A DNA stretch of 64,000 nt from an uncultured Candidatus Saccharibacteria bacterium (GTDB lineage: Bacteria; Patescibacteriota; Minisyncoccia; Phycocordibacterales; UBA918): contig CAYGKO010000004.1 in assembly GCA_964350735.1 (NCBI GenBank), positions 83,583 through 147,582 of the forward strand, in the 5' to 3' direction. The position numbers and the translations under genes are program-made. Shown here one piece after another: positions 37,647-47,853 of the stretch (its first letter is position 1; the number at the start of each line of letters is the position of its first letter). The notes beneath the pieces were generated by a model. That model saw only the letters and a list, made by a program, of their open reading frames with translations, was not told the DNA's origin and did not search any database.

Positions 37647-38822
37647 ATGGATATTTCAGCCACAGATTTTTTGCGAACCGCCGCTAATACCGCCGAGCAC
37701 TTTGGCTTCAAGCACGTCGACAGCTTAAAGAAGCATCCACTTTGTAAGGGCTGTAAGGAAAAAGTCAGCCACACCGCGAGCGCACAAGATCGCAAGCAAG
37801 ATGCGCTACACGGCCTCCTGACTGCTGGACTCGGAGCATATACTGACAACAAACTCCACGCGTTGGAAGAGCCGGTTCTTTTCTACAATGTCGAGCAAGT
37901 TCCCCGCTCTGGTGACGCCGCTATCTCCTTTCAAATTTATGGCGTCGAAAAGAGTATCGCAGAAGCCATCCTCATCCAAACCGCACGCTCGCTCACGCAA
38001 GACCTGGGCTACAACAACCACACCGTACGCATCAACTCACTCGGTGACCGCGACTCGGCTACTCGCTACACTCGTGAACTAACCAACTACCTCAAGAAGC
38101 GTCTGGACGATATGCCGATTGCCGCGCGTGAACTAATGAAAGATCACGTCATCGACGCCCTCATGCACCTGATTGAGAAGAAGCATGAACTGGCGTACAA
38201 GAGCCCGAACCCAATGGAGTACCTCAGCGACCCCAGCCGCAAGCACTTCCGTGAGATTGTCGAGTATCTTGATATGAGTGAAACACCGTATGAAATCGAT
38301 CCTAAACTTATCGGCCACCACCAATGCTACTCTGATGCTCTCTTTGCCATCGATATGCTCGATGAGAATGACCAAGTCATGGAAGATGCTCCCCTCTACG
38401 TCCGGGGCGGACGATACAGCACCTTCTCCCACAAACACACCAAGCAAGAGATCCCAGCTGCTGGTGCGGTGGTGGTACTAAAGGAAAAGAAAGCTCCCGC
38501 TCGTACTCCGAAAAGCACCCGCAACGCCAATCCATCAGTGTACGTCGTACAACTCGGCTTTGGTCCAAAGATCAAAAGTCTCATGCTGGTTGATGAATTA
38601 CGACAAGCTGGCATTCCCGTCCATCAAAACCTGGCCAGTGACTCCCTGAGTACCCAGCTACGCGATGCTGAGGCACGCGGTGTGAAATACACCGTTATCA
38701 TCGGCCAAAAAGAATACGTCGATGGTACCGCTATCCTACGCGACATGGTCGGTCGTAACCAAGAACACGTTGATATGAAAGTCCTCACCAATAAACTAAA
38801 ACGAGTTGGAGCGATTGTATAG
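37647..38822 (+). CDS. Histidyl-tRNA synthetase-like protein (class II HisRS/HisZ family) with a divergent N-terminus
   Basis: VRINSLGDRDSATRYTRELTNYLKK matches the HisRS insertion-domain motif. C-terminal HGPT-type anticodon-binding domain VYVVQLGFGP...YTVIIGQKEYVDGTAILRDM. Canonical motif 1 and the HisA/HisB peptides are not recognisable. Confidence 0.55.
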   Translation: MDISATDFLRTAANTAEHFGFKHVDSLKKHPLCKGCKEKVSHTASAQDRKQDALHGLLTAGLGAYTDNKLHALEEPVLFYNVEQVPRSGDAAISFQIYGVEKSIAEAILIQTARSLTQDLGYNNHTVRINSLGDRDSATRYTRELTNYLKKRLDDMPIAARELMKDHVIDALMHLIEKKHELAYKSPNPMEYLSDPSRKHFREIVEYLDMSETPYEIDPKLIGHHQCYSDALFAIDMLDENDQVMEDAPLYVRGGRYSTFSHKHTKQEIPAAGAVVVLKEKKAPARTPKSTRNANPSVYVVQLGFGPKIKSLMLVDELRQAGIPVHQNLASDSLSTQLRDAEARGVKYTVIIGQKEYVDGTAILRDMVGRNQEHVDMKVLTNKLKRVGAIV

Positions 38823-38870
38823 CAAAAACCTTGCTATTTACTGCCGCAGATGATATATTCTTGCGCACAT

Positions 38871-39116
38871 ATGGCAACAAACGTTCAAGTAGAAAAGAAC
38901 CAAAACGAAAGCAGTGCTAACGTTATTCGTCGCTTCACCAAGCGCATGCAAAACGCCGGGATCGTCCGACGGATGCGAGATAACCGGTACTACGCTCGTA
39001 TGAAGAGTTCTAATGTCCGCAAGGAAGCTCGGCTAAAGAAGCTAGCTAAAAAAGAAGCTTACGAAAAGGACTACAAAATGGGTAAAGTAATCGAGCGAAA
39101 AGGACGTCGCCGATAG
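38871..39116 (+). CDS. rpsU: 30S ribosomal protein S21
   Basis: MATNVQVEKNQNESSANVIRRFTKRMQNAGIVRRMRDNRYYARMKSSNVRKEARLKKLAKKEAY is a highly basic S21 pattern. Confidence 0.85.
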   Translation: MATNVQVEKNQNESSANVIRRFTKRMQNAGIVRRMRDNRYYARMKSSNVRKEARLKKLAKKEAYEKDYKMGKVIERKGRRR

Positions 39117-39123
39117 GCTACCT

Positions 39124-39162
39124 AAAACAAAAGGTCGACACAAAGTGTCGACCTTTTGTTTT
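39124..39162. terminator. Terminator after rpsU
   Basis: aaaacaaaaggtcgacac-aaa-gtgtcgaccttttgtttt is a perfect 18-bp stem. Confidence 0.85.
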
Positions 39163-39195
39163 ATCTCAGAATCTGCGTGATACACTATTTAACGT

Positions 39196-39573
39196 ATGAG
39201 CATCACTATCTCCAAAACCACTAAAACCTACCCCCGCCTTCCCTACAAAGCAATGGCTGACGCTATTTTAGGCAAACGATACGCTGTCTCGCTCGTGTTT
39301 ATCGGTGCCACAAGAGCCAAACAATTAAATGAGACCACTCGTAACAAAACCTACGTCCCCAACGTACTTTCTTTTGAACTCGATACTAAGACTGGAGAAA
39401 TCTACATTGCTCCCACTGTCGCCAAAACTGAAGCGAAAAAATTTGACCTTACCCCGCGCGGCTACGTCGGCTACCTATTCATCCACGGCTGCCTCCACCT
39501 CAAAGGCCTCCCCCATGGCACCAAAATGGATGCTCTCGAAGCGAAGTATCTCAAGCAATTTAAGTTGAAATAG
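39196..39573 (+). CDS. ybeY: rRNA maturation endoribonuclease YbeY
   Basis: Zinc-binding HGCLHLKGLPHG motif. Length is 125 aa. Confidence 0.85.
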   Translation: MSITISKTTKTYPRLPYKAMADAILGKRYAVSLVFIGATRAKQLNETTRNKTYVPNVLSFELDTKTGEIYIAPTVAKTEAKKFDLTPRGYVGYLFIHGCLHLKGLPHGTKMDALEAKYLKQFKLK

Positions 39574-39609
39574 AAACACTTTATAAGAATTAAAAGTAAT
39601 AAAGAAAAA

Positions 39610-40386
39610 ATGGAAAAATACACAGAAGTACTCGATGTCATGCGAAAAACTCGGGAGATAACCCTCCCATCCTGGGGTAACGTTGAAGTTTTAAATCAAA
39701 AGAATACTTCTGCAGCCAGCGCGGTGACAGAAATTGATGAAAAAGTAGAAAAATATCTCGCTACTGAATTTTTGAAAATAATGCCAGAAGTGAGTTATGT
39801 AGGTGAGGAATTTGGAGGTGATCGCACCGCAAAAAAGTTTTGGCTGGTTGACCCCGTTGATGCAACTGGATGCTATATTCACGGACTACCTTACTGCACG
39901 ACTATGGTCTCTTTAATAGAAGACAACCGAGTTGTATTTGGAGCGATTTATGACTTCATTAATGACATTATGTACCATGCGATACTTGGCCACGGTGCTT
40001 TTGCAAATAATGCAACAATACAGGTAAGCGAGCGTGAAGCTGGACAAGCGTATCTATGCTACGAAACAAAAACAGAAAAACCTGAAAACATCAAAAAATA
40101 CGTTACTGTCTCAGACCACTACCCTCTCTTGATACACGTTTCAGCTGGCTACGAATACATACTTGTTGCCACTGGGAAATTAGACGGTCGCATTGCCCAC
40201 GACCCGTATGGAACTGATTATGATTTTGCTCCCGGCACACTATTAGTATCTGAAGCTGGAGGGGTGGTTACAAACATCGGCTCTAACTCTTACAGCTACA
40301 GTACCCCTAGCCATATTGCTGCCAATAAATCTGTACATAGCGCACTGACCGAGGGGGAAAAAGCTCTGTTTCCAATAGGCAAATAG
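39610..40386 (+). CDS. Inositol monophosphatase / FIG superfamily phosphatase
   Basis: Metal-binding motifs FWLVDPVDATG and WDFAPG (here YDFAPG). Length is 258 aa. Confidence 0.75.
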   Translation: MEKYTEVLDVMRKTREITLPSWGNVEVLNQKNTSAASAVTEIDEKVEKYLATEFLKIMPEVSYVGEEFGGDRTAKKFWLVDPVDATGCYIHGLPYCTTMVSLIEDNRVVFGAIYDFINDIMYHAILGHGAFANNATIQVSEREAGQAYLCYETKTEKPENIKKYVTVSDHYPLLIHVSAGYEYILVATGKLDGRIAHDPYGTDYDFAPGTLLVSEAGGVVTNIGSNSYSYSTPSHIAANKSVHSALTEGEKALFPIGK

Positions 40387-40502
40387 TCTTACGCTATGGA
40401 CCTCTTCCTGAAAGCGCACCAGTATTTCAGAAACGCTTACTTAAACCAAAGTAATCCGTTACCCACAGCCAACCTAAAGCGCTCTAATGCTATAATCACC
40501 CT

Positions 40503-41672
40503 ATGTCTGAGCGGATTATTGCGGGTATTGATATCGGCACCTACCAAGTGAAGGTAGTAGTGGTTTCCTATAACCGCAAGAAGAACGAACGCTCACTCCC
40601 CCAGATTATTGGTACTGGCTACGCCGAAAGTCGCGGCCTACGCAATGGCTACATCATTAATGAGTCAGATGTTGTACGCAGCGTACGCAGCGCTGTCATA
40701 CAGGCTGAGAAGGCCTCAGGAGCTGAAATAAAGCGTGCCTACGTCTCTATTAGTAGCGTTGGCCTCGATGAAGTATTCAGTCATGGTGAAGTAATCACTA
40801 CCCGAGCTGACTCAGAAATCATTCAGGCTGACCTTGATAAAGCTATGCAAGACAGCGAGGAGCGAATCATGGAGTACATTCCAAATCGAAAGATCCTGCA
40901 CGCCATCCCGCTTCATCACACTATCGATGGTGAACGTGTACTGGGTCGTCCGCACGGTATGAAAGGCACCAAACTTGAAGTGGAATCAATGTTTGTCACT
41001 ACGTTTGAACAACACCTGCAAGATCTGGTTGGAGCCATTGAGAGTATTGGTATCACCGTCGAAGATGTGATGGCAGGACCACTGGCTGCTAGTTTTGTCA
41101 TGCTCACTAAAGCCCAGAAGCGAGCCGGCTGTGTCCTGGCGAATATCGGTGCTGAAACTGTCTCGATTGCAGTCTTTGAAAACAGCACTCCAATCTCACT
41201 CAAGATCTTCCCCATTGGTTCAAATGACATCACTAACGACATCGCCTTGGGTCTCAAAATTCCACTCGAAGAAGCTGAGAAAATTAAACGTGGCGGGATG
41301 AGTAATGCCAACTACTCAAAACGCAAATTAGATGAAATTATTGCCGCTCGACTCTCGGATATCTTTGAGCTGATCGATGTACATTTGAAAAAAATTAAAC
41401 GAGATGGACTACTCCCAGCCGGAATTATTATTACTGGTGGAGGATCAGGAATTGCCACTATCCAAGATTTAGCTCGGGCTAGTTTGCGACTTCCTTCACG
41501 TATTGCCACCCTTGATGCCGGTCAAAACGGCAAGATCAGAGATGCTTCTTGGGCTGTTGCCTACGGACTCTGTATGTGGGGCGCTAGTGACGATGAGGAA
41601 GAAACCAGCCTTGGTATGGCTAAAAAAGCTCAGAGCTCAATCATTGAATGGTTCAAACAATTTTTACCGTAG
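40503..41672 (+). CDS. ftsA: Cell division protein FtsA
   Basis: Actin/HSP70-fold N-terminus GIDIGTYQVKVVV. Length is 389 aa. Immediately upstream of ftsZ. Confidence 0.85.
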   Translation: MSERIIAGIDIGTYQVKVVVVSYNRKKNERSLPQIIGTGYAESRGLRNGYIINESDVVRSVRSAVIQAEKASGAEIKRAYVSISSVGLDEVFSHGEVITTRADSEIIQADLDKAMQDSEERIMEYIPNRKILHAIPLHHTIDGERVLGRPHGMKGTKLEVESMFVTTFEQHLQDLVGAIESIGITVEDVMAGPLAASFVMLTKAQKRAGCVLANIGAETVSIAVFENSTPISLKIFPIGSNDITNDIALGLKIPLEEAEKIKRGGMSNANYSKRKLDEIIAARLSDIFELIDVHLKKIKRDGLLPAGIIITGGGSGIATIQDLARASLRLPSRIATLDAGQNGKIRDASWAVAYGLCMWGASDDEEETSLGMAKKAQSSIIEWFKQFLP

Positions 41673-41866
41673 TTTTAAATACTCTTTAAAATATAGCTAT
41701 TTTTTGTGGTGTTTTAGTAATCCGTCAAACACACGCTACCGAAATATGTCAAGATGGTGACAGCTAAAACATACCCCTGTATTATATTGCTCAAGAACTG
41801 AGATTTGCTGCTCCGGCTACGTATCAGCAATCTCGGGAGGTATTAATAACATTTGGGATTCTTTAT

Positions 41867-43105
41867 ATGGAACAGATCAAATCAGACGTCGAATCATTTG
41901 CTCGGATTCGAGTAGTGGGTGTTGGAGGTTCAGGAAACAACGCCGTCAATCACATGCTTGCTTCAAAAATCAAGGGGGTGGAGTTTGTAGCTATTAACAG
42001 TGATGCGCAAGATCTGCACAACTCACTTGCTAAGAAAAAAATCCACATTGGTAAGAACCTTACTCGGGGTCTTGGAGCTGGTGGAAATCCTGATATGGGT
42101 CGCCGCGCAGCTGAAGAAACACGGGAGGAGATTGCCAATTCTATTAAGGGTTCAGACATGCTGTTCATCACCTGCGGTATGGGTGGTGGAACTGGTACTG
42201 GAGCCGCCCCGGTCACTGCCAAGATCGCTCGCGAAACAGGTGCGCTCACAGTTGGTGTAGTTACCAAACCTTTCTTGTTTGAAGGGCAAGAGCGAATGCG
42301 AATGGCCTTGCAAGGAATCGAAGAACTTAAGAAGGAAGTTGATGCACTTATCATCATCCCAAATGATCGTCTGCTTGCTATCGTGGACAAAGAAACTACG
42401 GTGAAGAATGCTTTTGCAATGTGTGACGATATCCTGAAGCAGGCAGTAGAAGGCATCTCTGACCTGATCACTATGCCAGGAATCATCAACGTTGACTTCG
42501 CTGACATCCGTAGTGTTATGGAAAACGCCGGATCAGCACTGATGGGTATCGGTGAATCAACTGGCGAAAAGCGTGCTGAAGAAGCCGCCAAATCTGCCAT
42601 CAACTCTCCCCTCCTTGAAGTATCTATTACCGGAGCAAAGGGCGTCCTCTTCGCTATCGCCGGTGGCGATGATCTAGGAATGCTCGAAATCCAAGATGCT
42701 GCCCGAGTGATTACTGAGTCAATCGATCCCCACGCTAAAGTTATCTTCGGAACCATTAAGGACGATAAAATCAAGAAAAATGAGCTGAAGGTCACCGTGA
42801 TCGCCACTGGTTTCCCTGAAATAAATGGCGCTGACCAAGGTGGCAACACTGTGGTACGAGCAGCTGCTCGCGATGCTGGCACCTCAAACGAAACGGAAAC
42901 TCAAGGCCGAGGCCGAATCTTCAACTCACTTAGCACACCAAAACGTGAAGAACCAGAAGAGCAACCCGTTAGTACTCCTGAATCAGCAACTCCAAAACGT
43001 GAAGAACCAAAATCAGAACCCCGACCAGTCGACCCAATCGACGAAGAGGATGATGAGGACTGGGGAGCTGTGCCAGCTTTCCTCCGAAGGAGTAAGCTGA
43101 AATAG
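41867..43105 (+). CDS. ftsZ: Cell division protein FtsZ
   Basis: Tubulin signature [10 protein letters not shown] and NTDAQ-like NSDAQDL. Acidic C-terminal tail with a conserved terminal peptide. Confidence 0.95.
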   Translation: MEQIKSDVESFARIRVVGVGGSGNNAVNHMLASKIKGVEFVAINSDAQDLHNSLAKKKIHIGKNLTRGLGAGGNPDMGRRAAEETREEIANSIKGSDMLFITCGMGGGTGTGAAPVTAKIARETGALTVGVVTKPFLFEGQERMRMALQGIEELKKEVDALIIIPNDRLLAIVDKETTVKNAFAMCDDILKQAVEGISDLITMPGIINVDFADIRSVMENAGSALMGIGESTGEKRAEEAAKSAINSPLLEVSITGAKGVLFAIAGGDDLGMLEIQDAARVITESIDPHAKVIFGTIKDDKIKKNELKVTVIATGFPEINGADQGGNTVVRAAARDAGTSNETETQGRGRIFNSLSTPKREEPEEQPVSTPESATPKREEPKSEPRPVDPIDEEDDEDWGAVPAFLRRSKLK

Positions 43106-43195
43106 CTCACCAGTCCGTAGGAATGGGGCTGAGAAGTGTTACTACACTTCTCAGAAGGTTGCCTAGTATTTTGAACTTGTGAAAAATACTGACAA

Positions 43196-43357
43196 CCTAT
43201 ACAGCTTCTGTAAGAAGCAGTGCCTGCGAGGCCGGGGAGGAAGTTCTTACTAGAATTAGAGCGTAGCGAATAATTATAGTTAGAAACTTGACCCCTATTC
43301 CAACCTCTACAGCTTCTGTAAGAAGCAGTGCCTGCGAGCCGGGGCAGCAAGTTCTTA
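43196..43357. repeat. Two ~52-nt direct repeats about 110 nt apart, each containing a gcttc-tgtaa-gaagc hairpin
   Basis: ctacagcttctgtaagaagcagtgcctgcgag(g)ccgggg(a/c)ag(g/c)aagttctta at 43196-43250 and 43307-43357. Confidence 0.7.
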
Positions 43358-43531
43358 TGAGCATAGCGAATTAGAAACTTGCGCCAGTGCCAGCAAAGCT
43401 GAAAATACCTCCACCTGCCCGTATACAAATACGGACAACTGAGTCCAAAATCCGCTCACAGCGGATTTTGTACTTTTAGGCACATATCAGCTACAATTAC
43501 CCGACTTAAATTTAATTTATTCCATCACGAC

Positions 43532-44458
43532 ATGTTTGACCTTATCATTATTGGGGGCGGCCCAGCCGGGATTGCCGGCGGCGTCTACGCTTCACGAAAA
43601 AAACTCAACACCCTTTTTATTACCAAAGAGTGGGGTGGCCAAAGTATCGTCTCGCCTGATATTCAAAACTGGATCGGCAGTCCGTCTATTTCTGGTGACC
43701 AACTGGCGAAGGACCTAGAGAACCACCTCAAAACGTACGCGGGCGACGTTGTCGACATAAAAGACAATGTACTGGTAACTGCGATTGAAAAAATTGCTGA
43801 CAATCATTTCAAAGTCACACTCGATAATGGTGACTCGGCTGAAGCCTCTGCGGTACTGATTGCTAGTGGATCAAAGCGACGTCGATTGGACGTCCCTGGA
43901 GCTGATGACTTCGAACATAAAGGGGTTACCTATTGTGCGACCTGTGACGGCCCTGTATTTGCCGGACAAGACGTAGTGGTAGTTGGAGGTGGTAATGCTG
44001 GTTTTGAGACTGCAGCGCAGCTTCTAGCCTACACCAAGAGCGTTACCCTACTCCACCGAGGTGACTCATTCAAGGCTGATCCCGTCACGGTTGAGAAAGT
44101 CCTCGCTCACGAGAATATGACTGGCGTACTCAATGCTGCAACTAAGTCGGTAGACGGCGACAAATTCGTCAGTGGTCTTACCTATACTGATTCAGTATCC
44201 GGAGAAGATAAGACTATTGCAGCAACCGGGGTCTTTGTAGAAATTGGTATGCTGCCAAATACAGACTTCGCCAAAGATGTCGTCGAGCTTGATGACTATA
44301 ACCGAGTGAAGATTGACCCGTGGACACAACAAACCACTGTATCCGGAGTTTGGTCAGCTGGTGATTGCACTAATATCAAATACCACCAAAACAACATCTC
44401 AGCTGGTGACGCAGTGCGGGCCCTAGAAGATATCTACGTCCACCTTAAAGCTCGCTAA
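43532..44458 (+). CDS. trxB: Thioredoxin-disulfide reductase
   Basis: FAD-binding GGGPAGIAGG. Redox-active CATCDG. NADPH-binding VVGGGNAG. Confidence 0.9.
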   Translation: MFDLIIIGGGPAGIAGGVYASRKKLNTLFITKEWGGQSIVSPDIQNWIGSPSISGDQLAKDLENHLKTYAGDVVDIKDNVLVTAIEKIADNHFKVTLDNGDSAEASAVLIASGSKRRRLDVPGADDFEHKGVTYCATCDGPVFAGQDVVVVGGGNAGFETAAQLLAYTKSVTLLHRGDSFKADPVTVEKVLAHENMTGVLNAATKSVDGDKFVSGLTYTDSVSGEDKTIAATGVFVEIGMLPNTDFAKDVVELDDYNRVKIDPWTQQTTVSGVWSAGDCTNIKYHQNNISAGDAVRALEDIYVHLKAR

Positions 44459-44488
44459 GTAGCATAGTTGACCAAAACTCAGACAAAC

Positions 44489-44527
44489 AAAAAACCGACT
44501 CCTCCCAGTCGGCTTTTTGTTTATTTT
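44489..44527. terminator. Terminator after trxB
   Basis: aaaaaaccgact-cctccc-agtcggctttttgtttatttt. Confidence 0.8.
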
Positions 44528-44794
44528 CACGCTATACGCACAAAGCACCCGTGAAGGTGCTTCATGCTGTACAACGTAGAGCTTCGGTCTGCATGCCTAT
44601 CGTCCAGTAGCCTCCGGACGTAGTATGAAGATTCACCACCATGCAAACCTAACATAAGGATCTCACACCAGGTCAAACTGTCAACGATATAACCTATCAC
44701 GCAAATACCCTTATTCTTCCACCCTACTGTGTATAACCCTGTGTACAAGTCGGTTCATAAGTCGGTGCAAAACTATGTACACAAGTGATCTTTT

Positions 44795-45514
44795 CTACAA
44801 ACTAAAGAACGTACCGACAAAGTAGGCCAAAACCGCTGCTGTTCCACCCACTAATACTACCTCTGTCAGTGAAGGAATAAATTTTGTCCCAATCACTCGC
44901 CACTTCAAAAGCCCAAGTGCGATTAGTGCTAATAGCGTCCCTGCCGAAGAAATGATAAAAGCTGTCTGCGGGTTTCCTTCGGACTGGAACATAAATGGTA
45001 GTAGTGGAATCGCCCCGAAAATCATAAACGAAATAAACGTCGCTAATCCGGTAAAGACTTCGTTCTCTCCGCGGGGGTCAGACATCTCCTTATCATGTTG
45101 CATGATGAAGTCAGTCCAGTAGTCTTGATTGGTTTTATAGATATCAGCCATTGTGACTGCCTGCTCAGCACTAAAGCCCTTCTCTTGCATAATTCGCACC
45201 GTCTTCTCAACCTCTATCTCTGGTTGAGCCTCCAGCACTTTCACCTCAATCTCGCGCTTGGCGTTATATAAATCTTTCTCTGACCGCACCGACAGAAAGT
45301 TTCCTAACCCCATCGAAGCAGCATCTGCAAACAAGTTTGCTAATCCAAACAACAGTACTATCAAAAATGACATCTGTACCGCCACATCACCCGACATCGC
45401 CGCCCCAGCGAAGCCAGCTACCACCGCAAAGGTAGTCACGATCCCATCAATTCCTCCGTAAATAATCTCCTTAAAGTAGTCAGCAAAGGCTGAATGTGTT
45501 TTTTCGTTTTCCAT
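44795..45514 (-). CDS. VIT1/CCC1-family iron/manganese transporter
   Basis: N-terminus DYFKEIIYGGIDGIVTTFAVVAGFAGA matches the VIT family signature. Five TM segments and a cytosolic metal-binding helical insert. Confidence 0.75.
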   Translation of the reverse strand: MENEKTHSAFADYFKEIIYGGIDGIVTTFAVVAGFAGAAMSGDVAVQMSFLIVLLFGLANLFADAASMGLGNFLSVRSEKDLYNAKREIEVKVLEAQPEIEVEKTVRIMQEKGFSAEQAVTMADIYKTNQDYWTDFIMQHDKEMSDPRGENEVFTGLATFISFMIFGAIPLLPFMFQSEGNPQTAFIISSAGTLLALIALGLLKWRVIGTKFIPSLTEVVLVGGTAAVLAYFVGTFFSL

Positions 45515-45558
45515 ATGGTGGCATTGTAGCAGATCTGGCGTTATTTAGGACCTGTCAC

Positions 45559-47355
45559 TTACTCTTCTCTAATTTCAATATGCTTAATCAAACCGTCATT
45601 CACGATGATGTACGCAATACCAATATCATTAGTTCTCGTATCAGACAACGTCACCCCTTCACGGAAGAACGAGAACTTCACCACTCCCGGACGACTTTGC
45701 TCAACTGCATCTATCACCCACTCTAGTGACCTGTAGTCACCGTATAGTGTTCGGAGCACTTCCATGATCTCACCTTGGCCAAGATACACCCCTGAATCTG
45801 CAGCACTGTAGGTTGTGTCTTCGGTGAGTAATTTTTCGACTCCGATCAAATCCCGATTATTGAGATGATCAAAGTACTGCTTAGCTACCGCCAGGGCTTC
45901 AGCTTGCATACTTTGCTTAGCAGCTAGTTCAGCATAAGCTTCATAGGTTGGCTTTAGTTCTGATAACACCCCGAGACAAAGCACTTCATCAGTCTCAAAC
46001 AGCGAACAGGTTTGCCGCAACACACTTTCACTCACCCCTGACAACTGTGCGTACCCCAGCACTCCTTGATAGAACGAGTACCGGAGTTCTGGCTTTAGTC
46101 CGGTTACATAGATTTCTGAGCCTTCCAAATTTTGACCCTGAAACTTACTCATCATAGTAATACCGAGTCCTTTTAAACAAAAGCCGGCGTTTGATTCTGA
46201 GATACCGCTCTCAGTACACGTCGTGACCGCCCCAAAGTAATCTTTGGGATTTTCCCGCAAATAACCAAACGGCGCATATAAGAAACAAGTTGGTTGTTCG
46301 TCGAGCTTGGCTGCCACACAGGTCGATAATGGATCGGCTGGGTCCCAGCCGACTATATCAACTCCAACGTGCTCAGTGTTACCCCAAAACTGCTCCATCC
46401 GAATCCCTTCAAAACAACGATACATATTGTTACTGGTTTCAACCTGACGACAATCAGTCAGTGCCGCATCGACTTCACGTTGATTAGACAGCATAAATAC
46501 ATGTCCAATCCCGTGATAACAACTATCACGCTCTACCATCGGTAATTGTTCACAGATAATATCTGGTGTCGCCATAAACTCTGGCTGATGGAGTGAGAGC
46601 TGCTCTAAGATACCGTGCATGTATCCTCCAGCACAGATGTACTGCACCAACGGATGGTTCACGTGATTTGGATTATTGAATGTCATCGCTTCAGAAAAAC
46701 CATAGAGCTCATACGCCCGATGTCCCAAGTCATGGGCGACATCATGGCAATTCAGGGCCAGCGCTGGGTTGTCTTGGATCGTATCGATGATAGTAAAAAT
46801 AGAATTTGGGTCACCCGGCACAAACAAATCCAATAATTCATCCCGCACCGACGTGAGCCCTGCTGGTGTTTTGTTTAGCTCTGTAACCTCATGCAGATGG
46901 TCAGATACTACAACCGTACCGCGATGTACTGACTTCTTATGATTGTGATATCCAAACGTTCCAGTTTGCTCAAATGTATACTCAAACTCTTTCCCTTTCC
47001 CGTAGTCAGCCAGCGCGTCAAAATCAGCGTGGTCGGTGTGTTCGGGATGAGGATCTGACCCAACCCACATCGGAATCTCAGTTAGGTTTTTGAACGTGAC
47101 CGTACTCCCCACCAAAACTTCGATTCGGGCTGGTACGAATCCTGTCTCAGTGTACAAAATCTCCTGCTGCACAGCTTGCGCTTCGTCGGAATGATCATGA
47201 GCACCATGATCGTGACCATGTTCAGTGTCAGATTGGCCACTGACCTGAAAAGGATTAGGTACATAATCTAAAAGACCATACCCAAGCACCAGCACAAAAA
47301 ACCCAAGCACTACACTCAAGAAAATATTTTGCCGTTTTGTTGTGTGAAAAGCCAT
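45559..47355 (-). CDS. Large membrane-anchored exported protein: His-rich stretch, cupredoxin-like N-terminal domain, then a ~430-aa Cys/His-containing domain of unknown function
   Basis: TM segment IFLSVVLGFFVLVLGYGLL. HGHDHGAHDHSDE. The pattern ETGFVPARIEVLVGSTVTFKNLTEIPMWVGSDPHP...YTFEQTGTFGYHNHKKSVHRGTVVV fits the cupredoxin fold, but the Cu-ligand Cys is absent. Confidence 0.5.
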   Translation of the reverse strand: MAFHTTKRQNIFLSVVLGFFVLVLGYGLLDYVPNPFQVSGQSDTEHGHDHGAHDHSDEAQAVQQEILYTETGFVPARIEVLVGSTVTFKNLTEIPMWVGSDPHPEHTDHADFDALADYGKGKEFEYTFEQTGTFGYHNHKKSVHRGTVVVSDHLHEVTELNKTPAGLTSVRDELLDLFVPGDPNSIFTIIDTIQDNPALALNCHDVAHDLGHRAYELYGFSEAMTFNNPNHVNHPLVQYICAGGYMHGILEQLSLHQPEFMATPDIICEQLPMVERDSCYHGIGHVFMLSNQREVDAALTDCRQVETSNNMYRCFEGIRMEQFWGNTEHVGVDIVGWDPADPLSTCVAAKLDEQPTCFLYAPFGYLRENPKDYFGAVTTCTESGISESNAGFCLKGLGITMMSKFQGQNLEGSEIYVTGLKPELRYSFYQGVLGYAQLSGVSESVLRQTCSLFETDEVLCLGVLSELKPTYEAYAELAAKQSMQAEALAVAKQYFDHLNNRDLIGVEKLLTEDTTYSAADSGVYLGQGEIMEVLRTLYGDYRSLEWVIDAVEQSRPGVVKFSFFREGVTLSDTRTNDIGIAYIIVNDGLIKHIEIREE

Positions 47356-47460
47356 GGTAGATGAGAATAGTTTTAGAATACCGCACTACTGACAATGGTG
47401 ATACGGGCGGACGTTGGAAAACTTGGTTTTAAGTAAAATAATTTCTGGAGATATTTATAC

Positions 47461-47853
47461 TTAATCAGTATGACCATTGCTTTTCCATGATCTCTCAGCA
47501 TTAATCTGTTCCTTAAGACGAAATGCTTCTTCTAAATCTATGTCGTATTTATTCGCGATAGCACAAACAAAAATGAATACATCGACCAACTCTTCCGCAA
47601 CAGATCCTACTTTAGAATTCGGATCTATTTGATGATTTTCATCTTTACGTATTGCCTTAAATAGTTCGCCGACCTCCTCTCCTATCATCAAACTATAGTG
47701 AGAAATGTCAGTCTGTAGACCTCGTTCCTTTTCTATATCAACTATGTACTGCTGGAAATCCTTCAATTCTGGATTCTCATTAAGCTTTGGCTTATTCATA
47801 CTTGAGAGTATACAATATCTTTTTTGGAATCTTTCGTTACTTTCAAACGACAC
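47461..47853 (-). CDS. MazG-like nucleotide pyrophosphohydrolase
   Basis: EEVGELFKAIRK and EELVDVFIFVCAIANKYDIDLEEA are MazG/NTP-PPase EExxE/D motifs. Length is 130 aa. Confidence 0.7.
   Translation of the reverse strand: MSFESNERFQKRYCILSSMNKPKLNENPELKDFQQYIVDIEKERGLQTDISHYSLMIGEEVGELFKAIRKDENHQIDPNSKVGSVAEELVDVFIFVCAIANKYDIDLEEAFRLKEQINAERSWKSNGHTD

Noticed and set aside
41950-42882. 310-aa ORF antisense to ftsZ
   Set aside because: It is embedded in ftsZ. ftsZ has unmistakable tubulin motifs and the antisense frame has none.
42901-43428. 175-aa minus-strand ORF downstream of ftsZ
   Set aside because: It spans the 52-nt direct repeats and the ftsZ 3' end, with no RBS. It is more likely non-coding repeat sequence.
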